Of a stretch of DNA of 64,000 nt, positions 52,276 through 64,000 are shown one piece after another. Position 1 is the first letter of the stretch, and each line of letters begins with the position of its first letter. The notes under the pieces were generated by a model. That model was not told where the DNA came from. It worked only from the letters and a program-made list of their open reading frames with translations, and did no database searches. The position numbers were made by a program, and so were the translations under genes. The stretch is from Octopus sinensis (taxonomy: Eukaryota), in NCBI RefSeq assembly GCF_006345805.1, contig NC_043006.1:102796001-102860000 (forward strand), written 5' to 3'.

Positions 52276-52694
52276 GAATCTTTTCGGTTTGAACGGCAGT
52301 TTTTTCTAGCGGTGTCATATGAAATTGTCACCCATAATTATGACCCTAGAATCGATCTATTGCATTTCAATCTGTTTTAGGGTAGGGTTAGGGTTAGGGG
52401 TAGCGGAAGGGTTATCTTTTTTTCTTCACAAATGTAAATAAACCCAATTTGTTTCTTAAACGAGGGACATATTCATACGGCACAGAATGGTTTTTAACTC
52501 AATAGACGTCACTGATTGGTTAAAATTGCAGAAATTGATGGAAAAAAAACAACAAATATCTTACAAATATTTTCTCAATAAAGCCAAGAAAAAAAAAGAT
52601 GTTTTATAAACACATTCTACCCGTATATGAAGTTTAAAATTTTTTAGTTACCTAGAAATTATGTTAAAAACTGCCGTTCAAACCGAAAAGATCC
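52276..52694. mobile_element. Merlin-like MITE, copy 2
   Basis: Same TIRs; 8-bp TSD GCAGTTTT (52268-52275 and 52695-52702). Confidence 0.85.
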
Positions 52695-53146
52695 GCAGTT
52701 TTTATTATAATATGCTACATCTCGCTTATTTCCATCTCCTCACCTTGCCCTCCGAGGGTTATTTTGGTCGCGAGAGACCAAGATGTCAGTTAAATTGCGG
52801 AAGTTTTCCCTTTCGCTGTCGTTTAATGAGCGTCGAGTCAGTAAATCTTGATTGAGTAGTAAGCTTTCATCTGCAATCAAATGTGTGACCATAACAAATC
52901 TTTAGGTGTACCAGTTGTGATCATAACAGATCATTAAGAATATCTAAAAGGAGTATAATTTGAGATTATGGATATATGATTTTTGAGATATTTTATCGCT
53001 GTTTCATGGCTGTAATTTTACTTTTCAGTTTGCTAAGGAATGTCCTAAATTTCTGAAGACATGTCATTTACGTACATCAGGTTGGTTCGACAAGTAATAG
53101 TAGTATTGCTTTTGTAGTTTTCGTTTTCTATATTTTCGAATTGGAA

Positions 53147-53478
53147 GGCGGCAAGCTGGCAGAAACGTTAGCGCGCCGGGCAAAATGCGTAGCCGTATTT
53201 CGTCTGCCGTTACGTTCTCAGTTCAAATTCTGCCGAGGTCGACTTTGGAGGCGGCAAGCTCGCAGAAACGTTAGCGCGCCGGGCGAAATGCTTAGCGGTA
53301 TTTCGTCTGCCTCTACGTTCTGAGTTAAAATTCCGCCGAGGTCGACTTTGCCTTTCATCCTCTCGGGGTCGATATATAAAGTACCAGTTACGCACTGGGG
53401 TCGATGTAATTCACTTAATCCGTTTGTCTGTCCTTGTTTGTCCCCTCTATGTTTAGCCCCTTGTGAGTAGTAAAGAAA
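53147..53478 (+). mobile_element. SINE family A with duplicated 5' portion
   Basis: The head GGCGGCAAGCT..GAGGTCGACTTTG occurs twice before one complete body and tail. Confidence 0.85.
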
Positions 53479-53747
53479 TATATATTTCCGAATTGAAATA
53501 GCTGATAATTGAGTCATGTCTAAGTATATATTTTGTGCTTGTCAAGAACTGAATAACCACAAATGGAGGGGTTAATTTTTAAAATTATGTTGATTATATA
53601 AGGATTGATAGTAATCTTGTTTTGTTTTTACTCTTCGTCTACTTTTCTTCCTTTTAACCATGCCTAGCTTTTTTTAAAATTTTATATCAGTCTCTACCTC
53701 TATGTCTTGCCTAGCTGGAGATTTGTCACGAACATATATATATATAT

Positions 53748-54116
53748 ATTATATAAAATCCATTCTGTCTGTCTGTGTGTGTGTCTTCTAGGATCTCGGG
53801 CATCCTCCATCCGATTGCGCTCAAATTTGATATGTAGATACCGACGGTATCAGGGCGTGTATAAGTCTTGAAAAAATTACAAAAATCGATTCCAGATGAG
53901 AATGCGATCGATAAAGCCATGGGAACGTGCATTTATACAATCGTTTTTCTTGGAATACAAAAAAAGTATATCTTTATTTCTTCTTTTGCTGGTGTCTCAA
54001 ATTTAGTTAAATCAGTGTTTCTCAAAGGAGAGGCCTATGGGACGGTCGGACAAGTTGTTTTGAGAAAATTTGGGTTAAATTTTTGACAACTCGGCATCGT
54101 CCATTTATTTTCCTCG
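53748..54116 (+). mobile_element. Non-autonomous Helitron-like element, second copy of 34743-35151
   Basis: Collinear homology. It also ends CTCG|T, and the hairpin is partly deleted. Confidence 0.65.
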
Positions 54117-54194
54117 TATATAAATACATACACACACACACACACCACACACACCACACACACACACACACACACCACACACACACACACACAC

Positions 54195-54737
<543 letters not shown>

Positions 54738-54785
54738 TATATATACTGACAAAAAAGATAACTGCCCCTTAAACGCAGCTAAATT

Positions 54786-54833
54786 ACTAGACTAGACTAG
54801 TTTCGCCTGAAAACTTACAAGCTCATCAGTAGT
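54786..54833 (-). ncRNA. Type I hammerhead ribozyme, canonical core, GUC triplet
   Basis: Minus strand ACTA-CTGATGA-GCTTG(TAAGTTTT)CAGGC-GAAAC-TA-GTC-TAGT(CTAGT). 5-bp stem II, palindromic ACTAGT stem III and 4-bp stem I; two possible cleavage registers. Confidence 0.75.
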
Positions 54834-57800
54834 GACTACTGCATCGCCGTATGGTTTGGTTAAACCCAGACTGTCAGTATATATATTTACCACATAAATT
54901 TATGGCTAGTTTATCGAAATACTAATGTGAAGATTATAAAATAATGAAGGTAGCTATATACGTCATATAAAACCTAAAAGGAAAAATTCAGCTGTCACTA
55001 ATTGTGACTGAGGGTAGCCCATCCCACTCAAAAGTTCCTGAATATGGTTTGTTTGAGGATGATGAACGAAACACCCATGTTTCAAGGGCGAATTATCCAA
55101 ACCCCAAAGAATTCCTCTCAACACATGGTTATGATGCTCCCCCACTACTTCTACTCGTGACCAGAGATGCACATATCGCCAGCCACTAAGGGACATGCTC
55201 AACTGGTTATGGTCAAACAACTGACAAGCAAATCTGTGGTATTGAGCAGAATATTTGCAATAGCCCATCTTTTATACCAAAATCATTATTATTATTATTA
55301 CATCTTCCAGCTCTTTATGTTCTGAGTTCAAGTCCCACTGGGATCAAATGTCATCCCTTTAGATAAAATAAGAGACCACTAAAATACTAATCAAGTTAGT
55401 CGGTTTTCCTTTCTGAAAAGTTCTCTCTTGTGGTTATATCAAAAGATAGTGTGTCTCATCTGGAGTACATAATTTTCTTTATTTCTGGGTGTTCGCCGTG
55501 TCAGATTTATCTACTAGTAAGTATTTATATAGATAGTTCTAATATAATTATCTCATCTCTATGTCTGTTTTGAAATTTACTTAATTTTCGAGTTCCGGGG
55601 CATTTGTTTAATCCCATTCATATATTTACATCGTTGCTGAATTCATGAACAGGTCTCTATTTCGTTGCTATTGTTTTCTTTCCAAATTTAAATGAAAACA
55701 GTAAACCTTCATAATAGTTGCTTCTAATACAAGCGCAAGACTTGGAATTTGAGGATGGGGATTAATGGATAGCATCAGTCTCAGTACTTCACTCAAACTT
55801 TATTTCATCGACACGTGAGGGATGAAAGCAAAGTTGACCACTGACACGATTTTCAGCTCAGGACATAAAAAACCGAACGCATAAAGCAAAGCATTTTCAA
55901 TGATATTATAAGAAATTTCTTATACACTTGGCCATCTGTCTAGACTCCTTATCTTTTTTATCAGTCTATCTAGTTCTCTAGTATGTACTTAAGGTTTTTT
56001 TTAACCATCATAGTCAAAGTCTCACTGAAGTACTCTAATTACAAATTTAGCGCAAATTATAGTTTTAAATCATGTTTTGTATTTATAAACACTGATAATT
56101 TAAACTTGAAAATTTGATAGTAGAGTTAGGTGGTGCTCCGTCTTGGCAGTAGTGGCTTAAAGAAACTGAAGTAGTTACGAAAGAGCGAAACAGAATGGTA
56201 GAAATGATATGGAGTCTAGACAGAATAGTCGAGTGGATTAACAATTTCTTTATCTTATAATATTATTGGAGTTTTCTATTTTGACATAGCACGATTGGTG
56301 TACTCTCTTAGTGCTGAAGAAGTTTTCTTTACATACAGTATCTCCAACATCAAAGTGTGTAATATGAAGTGGAAGACTTTACGGTAATTAAGCCAGGCTA
56401 TCTTAGATGTTTGTTTCTCTTTTCACTGTCAAAGACTTCACGGTAATTAAACTATACTATTCAGTCTTTTGTTTCTCTTTTTGATGTTTCCAACAAACCG
56501 TTTTCTCGCACTCTTTCCGATGATCAGAGTCTGTTGGAATGTATACTTGTGATTTGAATATTACTGGTAAATATGTTATTAGAGGCTTTATCTTGGGGTA
56601 CACGGTTATTGTTTTGGGGTAATTGATATTATTTCTATTCAGTTGTCACTTCAGTGTTCACCGTAGTATTTCTGTATACTAAGCGAAAGTTTCTGCTCAC
56701 TTCACTATTTGGCTTTTGGCGTATCCCTGTCAGTTGGTCTCACCTCGACGATGTGGAAAATTTCTATTGCTTCATATAATTTGTAGTTAACTCATTTGCA
56801 ATGTGTAAATATATAAAAAAAATTAGCTTCCATTCCTTCGAAGAGTGAAGTTTCGATCTACGGACTTCTGAGTTGTGGGTCCAACACTCTTCTATTGCGC
56901 AACTCATTTCAACAACTGATTAAGTAAATATATAATGTATTATTCCCTACTTTGTTCCGGATTACACCACTTCTATTACGTCATCAATCTTATATTACTT
57001 ATTTATTTCTACGCATTGGACAGTGTCAAATAAATGAAATATTGTAGCCGCGTAATAGAAGCTGTAGCACTGCGATACTACTTTAGTTACTGAAAGGCAA
57101 CACTTCATACAACCGATACTCCGAGGGTCACATTTGATTAACCACAAACACAGATCTATTTTCCTGGTTGTCTCTTCATTTGCCATTTTCAGACCAGTCA
57201 GAAGCAATTCAATTCTACAAATGTTTCTCTCGTGCTGCACAGCAAGCGAGCTTGTTAGTTAATTAATTACTACTATTTCACCTTTACGTGTATTAGTTAA
57301 GTATGTTTGCCAAATGTTGATGACTTATTCAATTCCCTGATCTTCCAGTTCCTTGCACTTTTGATTCTGGTGCTAATTTCCATAACATTTTGCTTAGACC
57401 TAAGCTAGTTCTGCTTTTGTATTATTGTAGTATTGTTATTGTATTATTTTTCTTACCCTTTTTTCTAATCCATTGAATGTCTTTTTGCATTGAGTACAAT
57501 TTCTCTCTTCCATTACTTCTCCCAAAGCCATACTGTTGTTGTCGTCGTTGAGCTCCAGGTCAGACCTATTAGAGCAAACAGACATATGACCAAGCGCCAT
57601 TCTATCTATAATCTATCTTCTATTCTCGTCTGCTCCGTACTTCGTTATCCAATCTGCCCATTTATAAGCTGGTAGAATTTATTTAGTTCGAGAAAGATCT
57701 AGCTGGTATTCTTACCAGTCGTGTAACACTGTACAGATCATATAATGTTATATATTATCGGTGTACTGTAGGAGCACTTAAGCATTCACTTCAAATATAT

Positions 57801-57890
57801 AATTCTTATTGAACACTCTTGAATTTTAAATTATCCAATCGAAAATCCCTTTGCTATTAATTGTTTAAGTCTGTTTTTGTTTTCCTTTTC

Positions 57891-58135
57891 TTAGTTAGTT
57901 AGTTAGTTAGTTAGTTAATTTGGCTCAAAAGCAAATAGCAAGGCCATGTAGGGGGACATGGAGTTAAGTACAGGGTGGTGTTCATGTAAAGAGTTCAGCC
58001 CACTTGAGGTCCAGGGAGGCTTTGAACAAAGCGGTCGTCGTTAGTTCCAGATTCCTCCAGCCAATTCTTGATGTTGCAATTCGGCAAACTTTGATTGATT
58101 TCCACTGTTTCTTCTTTGTATTTTCTGTTCTTGAC
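57891..58135 (-). mobile_element. 3' end of a CR1/L2-like LINE with (TAAC)n tail
   Basis: Minus-strand ..WRNLELTTTALFKASLDLKWAELFT*, a short 3'UTR and a (TAAC)n tail. Confidence 0.5.
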
Positions 58136-58585
58136 GATTTTCGAAAATATGTTATTCCAACCTTTTATGATTTTAATCGAGTTATCCTCGAAACTTAAGG
58201 TCTACCGTGTGATCTGCCTGACGTTCTCGACTCTACTTAATAGAAATAATTTATTAACGAATCCTGTTGTTTCTGAATATTGTTATCGTCATTATTTAAC
58301 CCAAGGTCTCTGTAATTAGTTCATCTAACAATCTGCCGTTCAAACTTACGTCGAATGGGTTCAAAATGACGATCGGAATACTCAACTCTTCATTTCTTTC
58401 TTTCTTTTTTTATTCAGTATTAAGTCAAATATGTGCAGTCTATGATCAGAGGCGTCCCAGCAATGGCGCTTTTTTTAAATGTTTTCAAGTATTAGAGACA
58501 TGAAGAAAAGAAGATTGCTGAAACTGACAGACAGAATCGAGCAGCATTCATTACAAATACTAGTTACGTTGATGTCTGGTTGGTG

Positions 58586-58690
58586 TCTTCTTCTTCTTCT
58601 TCTTCTTCTTCTTCTTCTTCTTCTTCTTCTTCTTCTTCTTCTTCTTCTTCTTCTTCTTCTTCTTCTTCTTCTTCTTCTTCTTCTTCTTCT
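58586..58690. repeat. (TCT)n microsatellite
   Basis: Direct inspection. Confidence 0.95.
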
Positions 58691-58924
58691 TTTTCCATTC
58701 AGGAGTACACCATTAGCCACAAAAAGTAATCTTTAATTCGAGCCTTCTCTAAGCTACTAAGAATGCATGTGGCAACTTGAAGATCTACCTATCACACGCA
58801 TAGACTGACGGTTGCACGGGAGCGAAAGCTACGTTGTTATCCTCATTCCGTAAACGGTGGCTTTTAACGGATGGAGAGCTGAACCATCCTGGGGTACAGA
58901 GGATTCGCAATTTAGACTAGGGTC

Positions 58925-59172
58925 TGAAAGTTTACCACACCATAGTGGGTTACACCATGGTTCCTCTGCTTTGTGGCAGAAGTAGGAAGAAAGAGTGAGA
59001 GAAAGTTGTGGTGAAAGAGTACAGCGGGGTTCACCACTACCCCACCGCCGGAGCTCGTGGAGTTTAGGTGTTTTTGCTCAATAAACACCCACAATGCCTG
59101 GTCTGGGAATCGAAACCGCGTTCTTACGACCGCGCGTTCGCTGCCCTAACCACTGGACCATTGTGCCTCCAC
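58925..59172 (-). mobile_element. SINE family B 5' half
   Basis: Reverse complement of 3583-3780. Confidence 0.8.
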
Positions 59173-59394
59173 TCTCGTTGCTGTTAGAGATGTCTGGGGA
59201 CATCTGCAGTGTTTAGTATTATATTTTAGAAGACGAAAAAATTGGGAAGTGAATCTCGTACTTTTCTCTGAAGCATATTTCACGGTACTTGAAATGGCGT
59301 TAATGGGGACTTTGAAATCACATGAAAGCCTCTGTTAAGTCGGGAATCATTTCATTTTTACATAATATCTTCATAATATTGCCTCAATAATGGC

Positions 59395-59605
59395 TTCAAA
59401 TTTTGGCGCAGGACCAGTAACCTTTGCGGGGAGGAGGAAGTCGATTACATCAACCCCAGTACTTAACTGGTACCTGTAATATCAACCCGGAAAGATTTAA
59501 AGACAAATTCAACCTCGATGGAATTTAAACTTTGAACGTAAATACGGACGAAATGCCGCTAAGTATTTTGTCCGGCATGCTAACGCTTCTGCCATCTCGT
59601 CGCCT
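59395..59605 (-). mobile_element. SINE family A, diverged
   Basis: Same head and body motifs. Confidence 0.75.
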
Positions 59606-59869
59606 TATATTCCCTGAATAATAAGGATTTCCAACGCAGACGCAGAGCCAGACATTTGTGTGTGAGGCGAACAGCAACTATATCGATTCCGAAGATAAAT
59701 GTAGTTTATATAACGGAATGTATCGGTTTATCAGGTCCAGAAGAATAAAATATTAAAAAAAAACTCAATCTCGGCAAGAATTGAACTCGTAAAGAAAAGG
59801 AACACAAAAATACTCCAAGTAGTTTCGTGTAGAGATCTACCAATTCTGCCAGTGTAACAATAAATATTG

Positions 59870-61552
59870 GCTTCAGATTTTAGCACAAGGCCAGCAATTT
59901 TGGGGGAGGGAGTAAGTCGATTACATCAACCCCATTGTTCAGCAGGTACTTATTTGATCGACCCTGAAAGGATAAAAGCAAAGTCGACCTCGGCGGAATT
60001 TGAACTCAGAACGTAACGGCAAACGAAATACCTATTTCTTTATTGCCCACAAGGGGCTAAACATAGAGGGGACAAACAAGGACAGACATAGGTATTAAGT
60101 CGAATACATCGACCCCAGTGCGTAACTGGTACTTAATTTATCGACCCCGAAAGGATGAAAGGCAAAGTCGACCTCGGCGGAATTTGAACTCAGAACGTAA
60201 CGGCAAACGAAATACCTATTTCTTTATTGCCCACAAGGGGCTAAACATAGAGGGGACAAACAAGGACAGACATAGGTATTAAGTCGAATACATCGACCCC
60301 AGTGCGTAACTGGTACTTAATTTATCGACCCCGAAAGGATGAAAGGCAAAGTCGACCTCGGCGGAATTTGAACTCACAACGTAACGGCAAACGAAATACC
60401 TATTTCTTTATTGCCCACAAGGGGCTAAACATAGAGGGGACAAACAAGGACAGACATAGGTATTAAGTCGAATACATCGACCCCAGTGCGTAACTGGTAC
60501 TTAATTTATCGACCCCGAAAGGATGAAAGGCAAAGTCGACCTCGGCGGAATTTGAACTCACAACGTAACGGCAAACGAAATACCTATTTCTTTATTGCCC
60601 ACAAGGGGCTAAACATAGAGGGGACAAACAAGGACAGACATAGGTATTAAGTCGAATACATCGACCCCAGTGCGTAACTGGTACTTAATTTATCGACCCC
60701 GAAAGGATGAAAGGCAAAGTCGACCTCGGCGGAATTTGAACTCACAACGTAACGGCAAACGAAATACCTATTCTTTATTGCCCACAAGGGGCTAAACATA
60801 GAGGGGACAAACAAGGACAGACATAGGTATTAAGTCGAATACATCGACCCCAGTGCGTAACTGGTACTTATTTATCGACCCCGAAAGGATGAAAGGCAAA
60901 GTCGACCTCGGCGGAATTTGAACTCACAACGTAACGGCAAACGAATACCTATTTCTTTATTGCCCACAAGGGGCTAAACATAGAGGGGACAACAAGGACA
61001 GACATAGGTAATTAAGTCGAATACATCGACCCCAGTGCGTAACTGGTACTTAATTTATCGACCCCGAAGGATGAAAGGCAAAGTCGACCTCGGCGGAATT
61101 TGAACTCACAACGTAACGGCAAACGAATACCTATTTCTTTATTGCCCACAAGGGGCTAAACATAGAGGGGACAAACAAGGACAGACATAGGTATTAAGTC
61201 GAATACATCGACCCCAGTGCGTACTGGTACTTAATTTATCGACCCCGAAAGGATGAAAGGCAAAGTCGACCTCGGCGGAATTTGAACTCACAACGTAACG
61301 GCAAACGAAATACCTATTTCTTTATTGCCCACAAGGGGCTAAACATAGAGGGGACAAACAAGGACAGACATAGGTATTAAGTCGAATACATCGACCCCAG
61401 TGCGTAACTGGTACTTAATTTATCGACCCCGAAAGGATGAAAGGCAAAGTCGACCTCGGCGGAATTTGAACTCACAACGTAACGGCAAACGAAATACCGC
61501 TAAGCATTTTGTCCGGCGTGCTAACGATTCTGCCAGGTCGCTACCTTGAACA
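59870..61552 (-). repeat. SINE family A tandem array: one head, eight 184-bp units and a terminal body with an alternative tail
   Basis: GTCGACCTC recurs at 59983, 60167, 60351, 60535, 60719, 60901, 61083, 61265 and 61449 (spacing 184 or 182). The tRNA-like head occurs only once (about 61495-61550). Confidence 0.95.
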
Positions 61553-62740
61553 CAGTAAATTTTGATATTGCCTTATGTGGCATGTGATATAAAAGAGAAT
61601 GTAAGTCTCTGGATGCTGTGATCGCTGATAGCCTTCAGATTCTTGATTGCTTTCTTTCTTCACCTGCGTAATAAATATTCTTTGAAAATCTATGGCAGTT
61701 TCAACATTCATATATTTGTGACAATTCAAAAGAAACCAGAATTAATCCGACTTCATGTCTGTCTTGGATGTATTATTTAACGCTGTTTTAATTGGTGACA
61801 TTATATAAAAACAAACAAACAAAACAAAAACTAACTAAAAACATGCCAAAAAGCCCACGTAATTTTGGTATTGTTTGAGTGTTGTTTTTCCCATGGTCGT
61901 GCGACCATTTCACAGCCTCGGCGGCCTCATAAGATGCTATAACATTAATAACACAATTACTCACATCAATGCTCACCGCGCACAGTAAGATATCAAACAC
62001 CTTATTAGGCATATAATTTAATAAATCAAAATATAAAACAGTAATAAAGCAAACATACAAGAAAGAATATATAGAATAAAAAGAAACACGGGAAAATAAT
62101 AAATACGCATAACGGAGAAACACTGTGTGATTACCATAGTAACATCATACTGAAATTGAAATCTTTTGAATAAAGTAGCAGAAATTGCAGTTCTATATTC
62201 ACACCTGGAATGCTAGCAAATCTGAACTAAATCTGAACTATGATTGTGTAACTCCTTCATAGATGGCGCTGTTACAATATATATGTCACAATTCAGGACT
62301 TCCCGTAGACTACGCTTTCCATAGTTATGTTTTGACACTCATTTACCATACACTTTAAACTAAGCACCACGTTTAATCACATGGATCTTAATATTCCAAA
62401 GAAATTTTTCCAAGGACTATTATTGAACTCAAAAAGCTTAAAGACTCTACAATGTATCCGTATACATATTTATTAATTTTTGTATATGTTTATTATTATC
62501 TTTTTGAAAAAAAACATTGTAAATTTCTTTTTTCCCCTTCCTCAATTTAAAAAAAATTTCTTTTCCCCTTTCAAATCTTGAAAATTTGCTTTGCCATGAA
62601 AACGGGTTGGATTTATTATTATTATTTTAATTTTCCATACACCCATTTTTATTAAAATTTACTTTCAATTTAGCATTCTGCCTTATTATAATTTTTCCTC
62701 TCCTATATATATATATATAATATATATATATATATATTCT

Positions 62741-62794
62741 AGCAAAAACTGTCTGATGAACGGCAACGAGAAACTCAGAGTAACAGATTTTGTT
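62741..62794 (+). ncRNA. Type I hammerhead ribozyme, canonical core, GUA triplet
   Basis: AGCAAAA(A)CTGT-CTGATGA-A-CG(GCAA)CG-A-GAAAC-TC(A)GA-GTA-ACAG(A)TTTTGTT. Stem I spans 12 positions with one mismatch and one G.U; stem II is weak, capped by a GNRA loop. Predicted cut is after A62782. Confidence 0.75.
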
Positions 62795-63433
62795 GAATTT
62801 TCTGCTGCTTTAAATAAAGTATATATATATATATATATAAATATATATGTATGTATGTATGAATGTATGTATGTATGTATGTATATTGTTGACTTCATGA
62901 GAATTTATAAACTCTGAGAGAACGTGAAATAATTGTTTGTGGGAGTCATGAAAATCGAAGTAGACAAAACATAATGGCATGTAAACATAGTATTAAAAAC
63001 CCTCCGGACATTGAGGGTCGAGGGCTGCCTTGTTATTCGAACCCATCTTATGTAGACACGAAAGACGTTCCACCACTAGAATAAATAATCCTTCGAATTT
63101 TTCCATTTGAATTAGAAACTTGAAAAATTTTTTCTTAATAACTCATAAACTTTATATAATTATCTTTTGGAACGAAACGCCTTCGACTTTTCCCACATAA
63201 AGAGGTTTAAGACAATATCTACATGCCCTTATTTATATCTTTATCTGCCTCTGAGTCCTACGAGATAGTTTCCGGTGATGAGCATGCCAAACTGTAAGTT
63301 GCAAGGGTGGGGGCGAATGAAACCTTTTTTGAGTAGTAATATGTGTAGCTCCTACTAAATGTCTTGAATGCCTCGTTCTTTCGTTTGTATTCTCATTTAC
63401 ACACACACACACACACATACACACACACACACA

Positions 63434-63471
<38 letters not shown>

Positions 63472-63604
63472 CTAATGTCCTGTTAAGTTAGGATGGACAA
63501 AACAGTACTCCATCCAGTGAGAGATAAATATAAATTAATGTACACGTATTAAAATAAGAGCTGCTAATAGTCAGTAGCTATTGAGACACGTGATTAGGCA
63601 GATT

Positions 63605-63930
63605 TTTATAAGTGCCTTGTGTCTCCAAGCAATCCTAGGCTCAGGGCACATGATTTGTTTTATTCGAAAAACAGGGCGCTGGTACATGAGAAACCACGAG
63701 AATCGACAAAAGTGAACAGTCTGTGATGATTAGCTGCAAATGGAGTTTGAAGAAATCATAGAGTCAAGTGGAAAATTGTGAAGAAATCTGAAGCCGTTTG
63801 GAAATTGATCTGAGAGATGCAACTGAAAGATCGCACATTATTTTTAGATCCAAGAAATTCTACCACACTGTTGAATTCCAGATCCGAAATTTTAAGTAAA
63901 TGCAAGCATACTTCTTTTGCCGAACTGGAG
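63605..63930 (+). pseudogene. Probable decayed C-terminus of a second PLE lineage (GIY-YIG tail)
   Basis: NHRVKWKIV..TLLNSRSEILSKCKH resembles the LLNxRSExxSKCRH ending of some PLE endonuclease regions. Contains stops. Confidence 0.4.
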
Positions 63931-64000
63931 GACATCATCATCTCCGGACTGAGCAGAGTTCGGACTCCTCTCCGTTGAACTGTTCTATACTACGAGGTGA

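Noticed and set aside
55053-55085. TTGA-GGATGATGA-AC-GAAAC..GTT-TCAA hammerhead-like string
   Set aside because: The core is altered and stem II is missing; it cannot be distinguished from chance.
59983-61500. Regular array resembling CRISPR
   Set aside because: The units are wholly repeated 184-bp SINE bodies with no unique spacers, the context is eukaryotic and there are no cas genes.

Overview
AT-rich, microsatellite-saturated eukaryotic DNA, most likely from an octopus-type cephalopod (inferred from the SINE families and repeat landscape). It looks intergenic or deeply intronic: no host gene is recognisable, and most listed ORFs are translations of microsatellites. Main protein-coding elements: a full-length L1/Tx1-clade LINE (about 23.5-29.3 kb; intact ORF1 with CCHC knuckle; APE-RT ORF2 broken only by small indels), a 5'-truncated Penelope-like element (PLE) with an uninterrupted RT + GIY-YIG ORF (35.5-38.2 kb), and a decayed Helitron RepHel gene (16.0-17.8 kb). 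Smaller remnants come from LTR-type RT, mariner, Tigger, R4/Dong-like and CR1-like elements. Non-coding elements include about 30 tRNA-derived SINE copies in four modular families (one forming an 8-unit 184-bp tandem array), three Merlin-like MITEs with 8-bp TSDs and TTAGGG-like repeats, and four non-autonomous Helitrons. The most striking signal is a set of about ten type I hammerhead-ribozyme (HHR) folds from at least five unrelated sequence families, found by manual folding. These include two identical HHRs placed head-to-head in a 217-bp near-perfect inverted repeat (738-1282), isolated HHR mini-units within TA microsatellites (54.8 and 62.8 kb), and a PLE family whose HHR core shares a non-canonical A6U change. 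All folds, alignments and family assignments were made by eye; no search or folding program was run.
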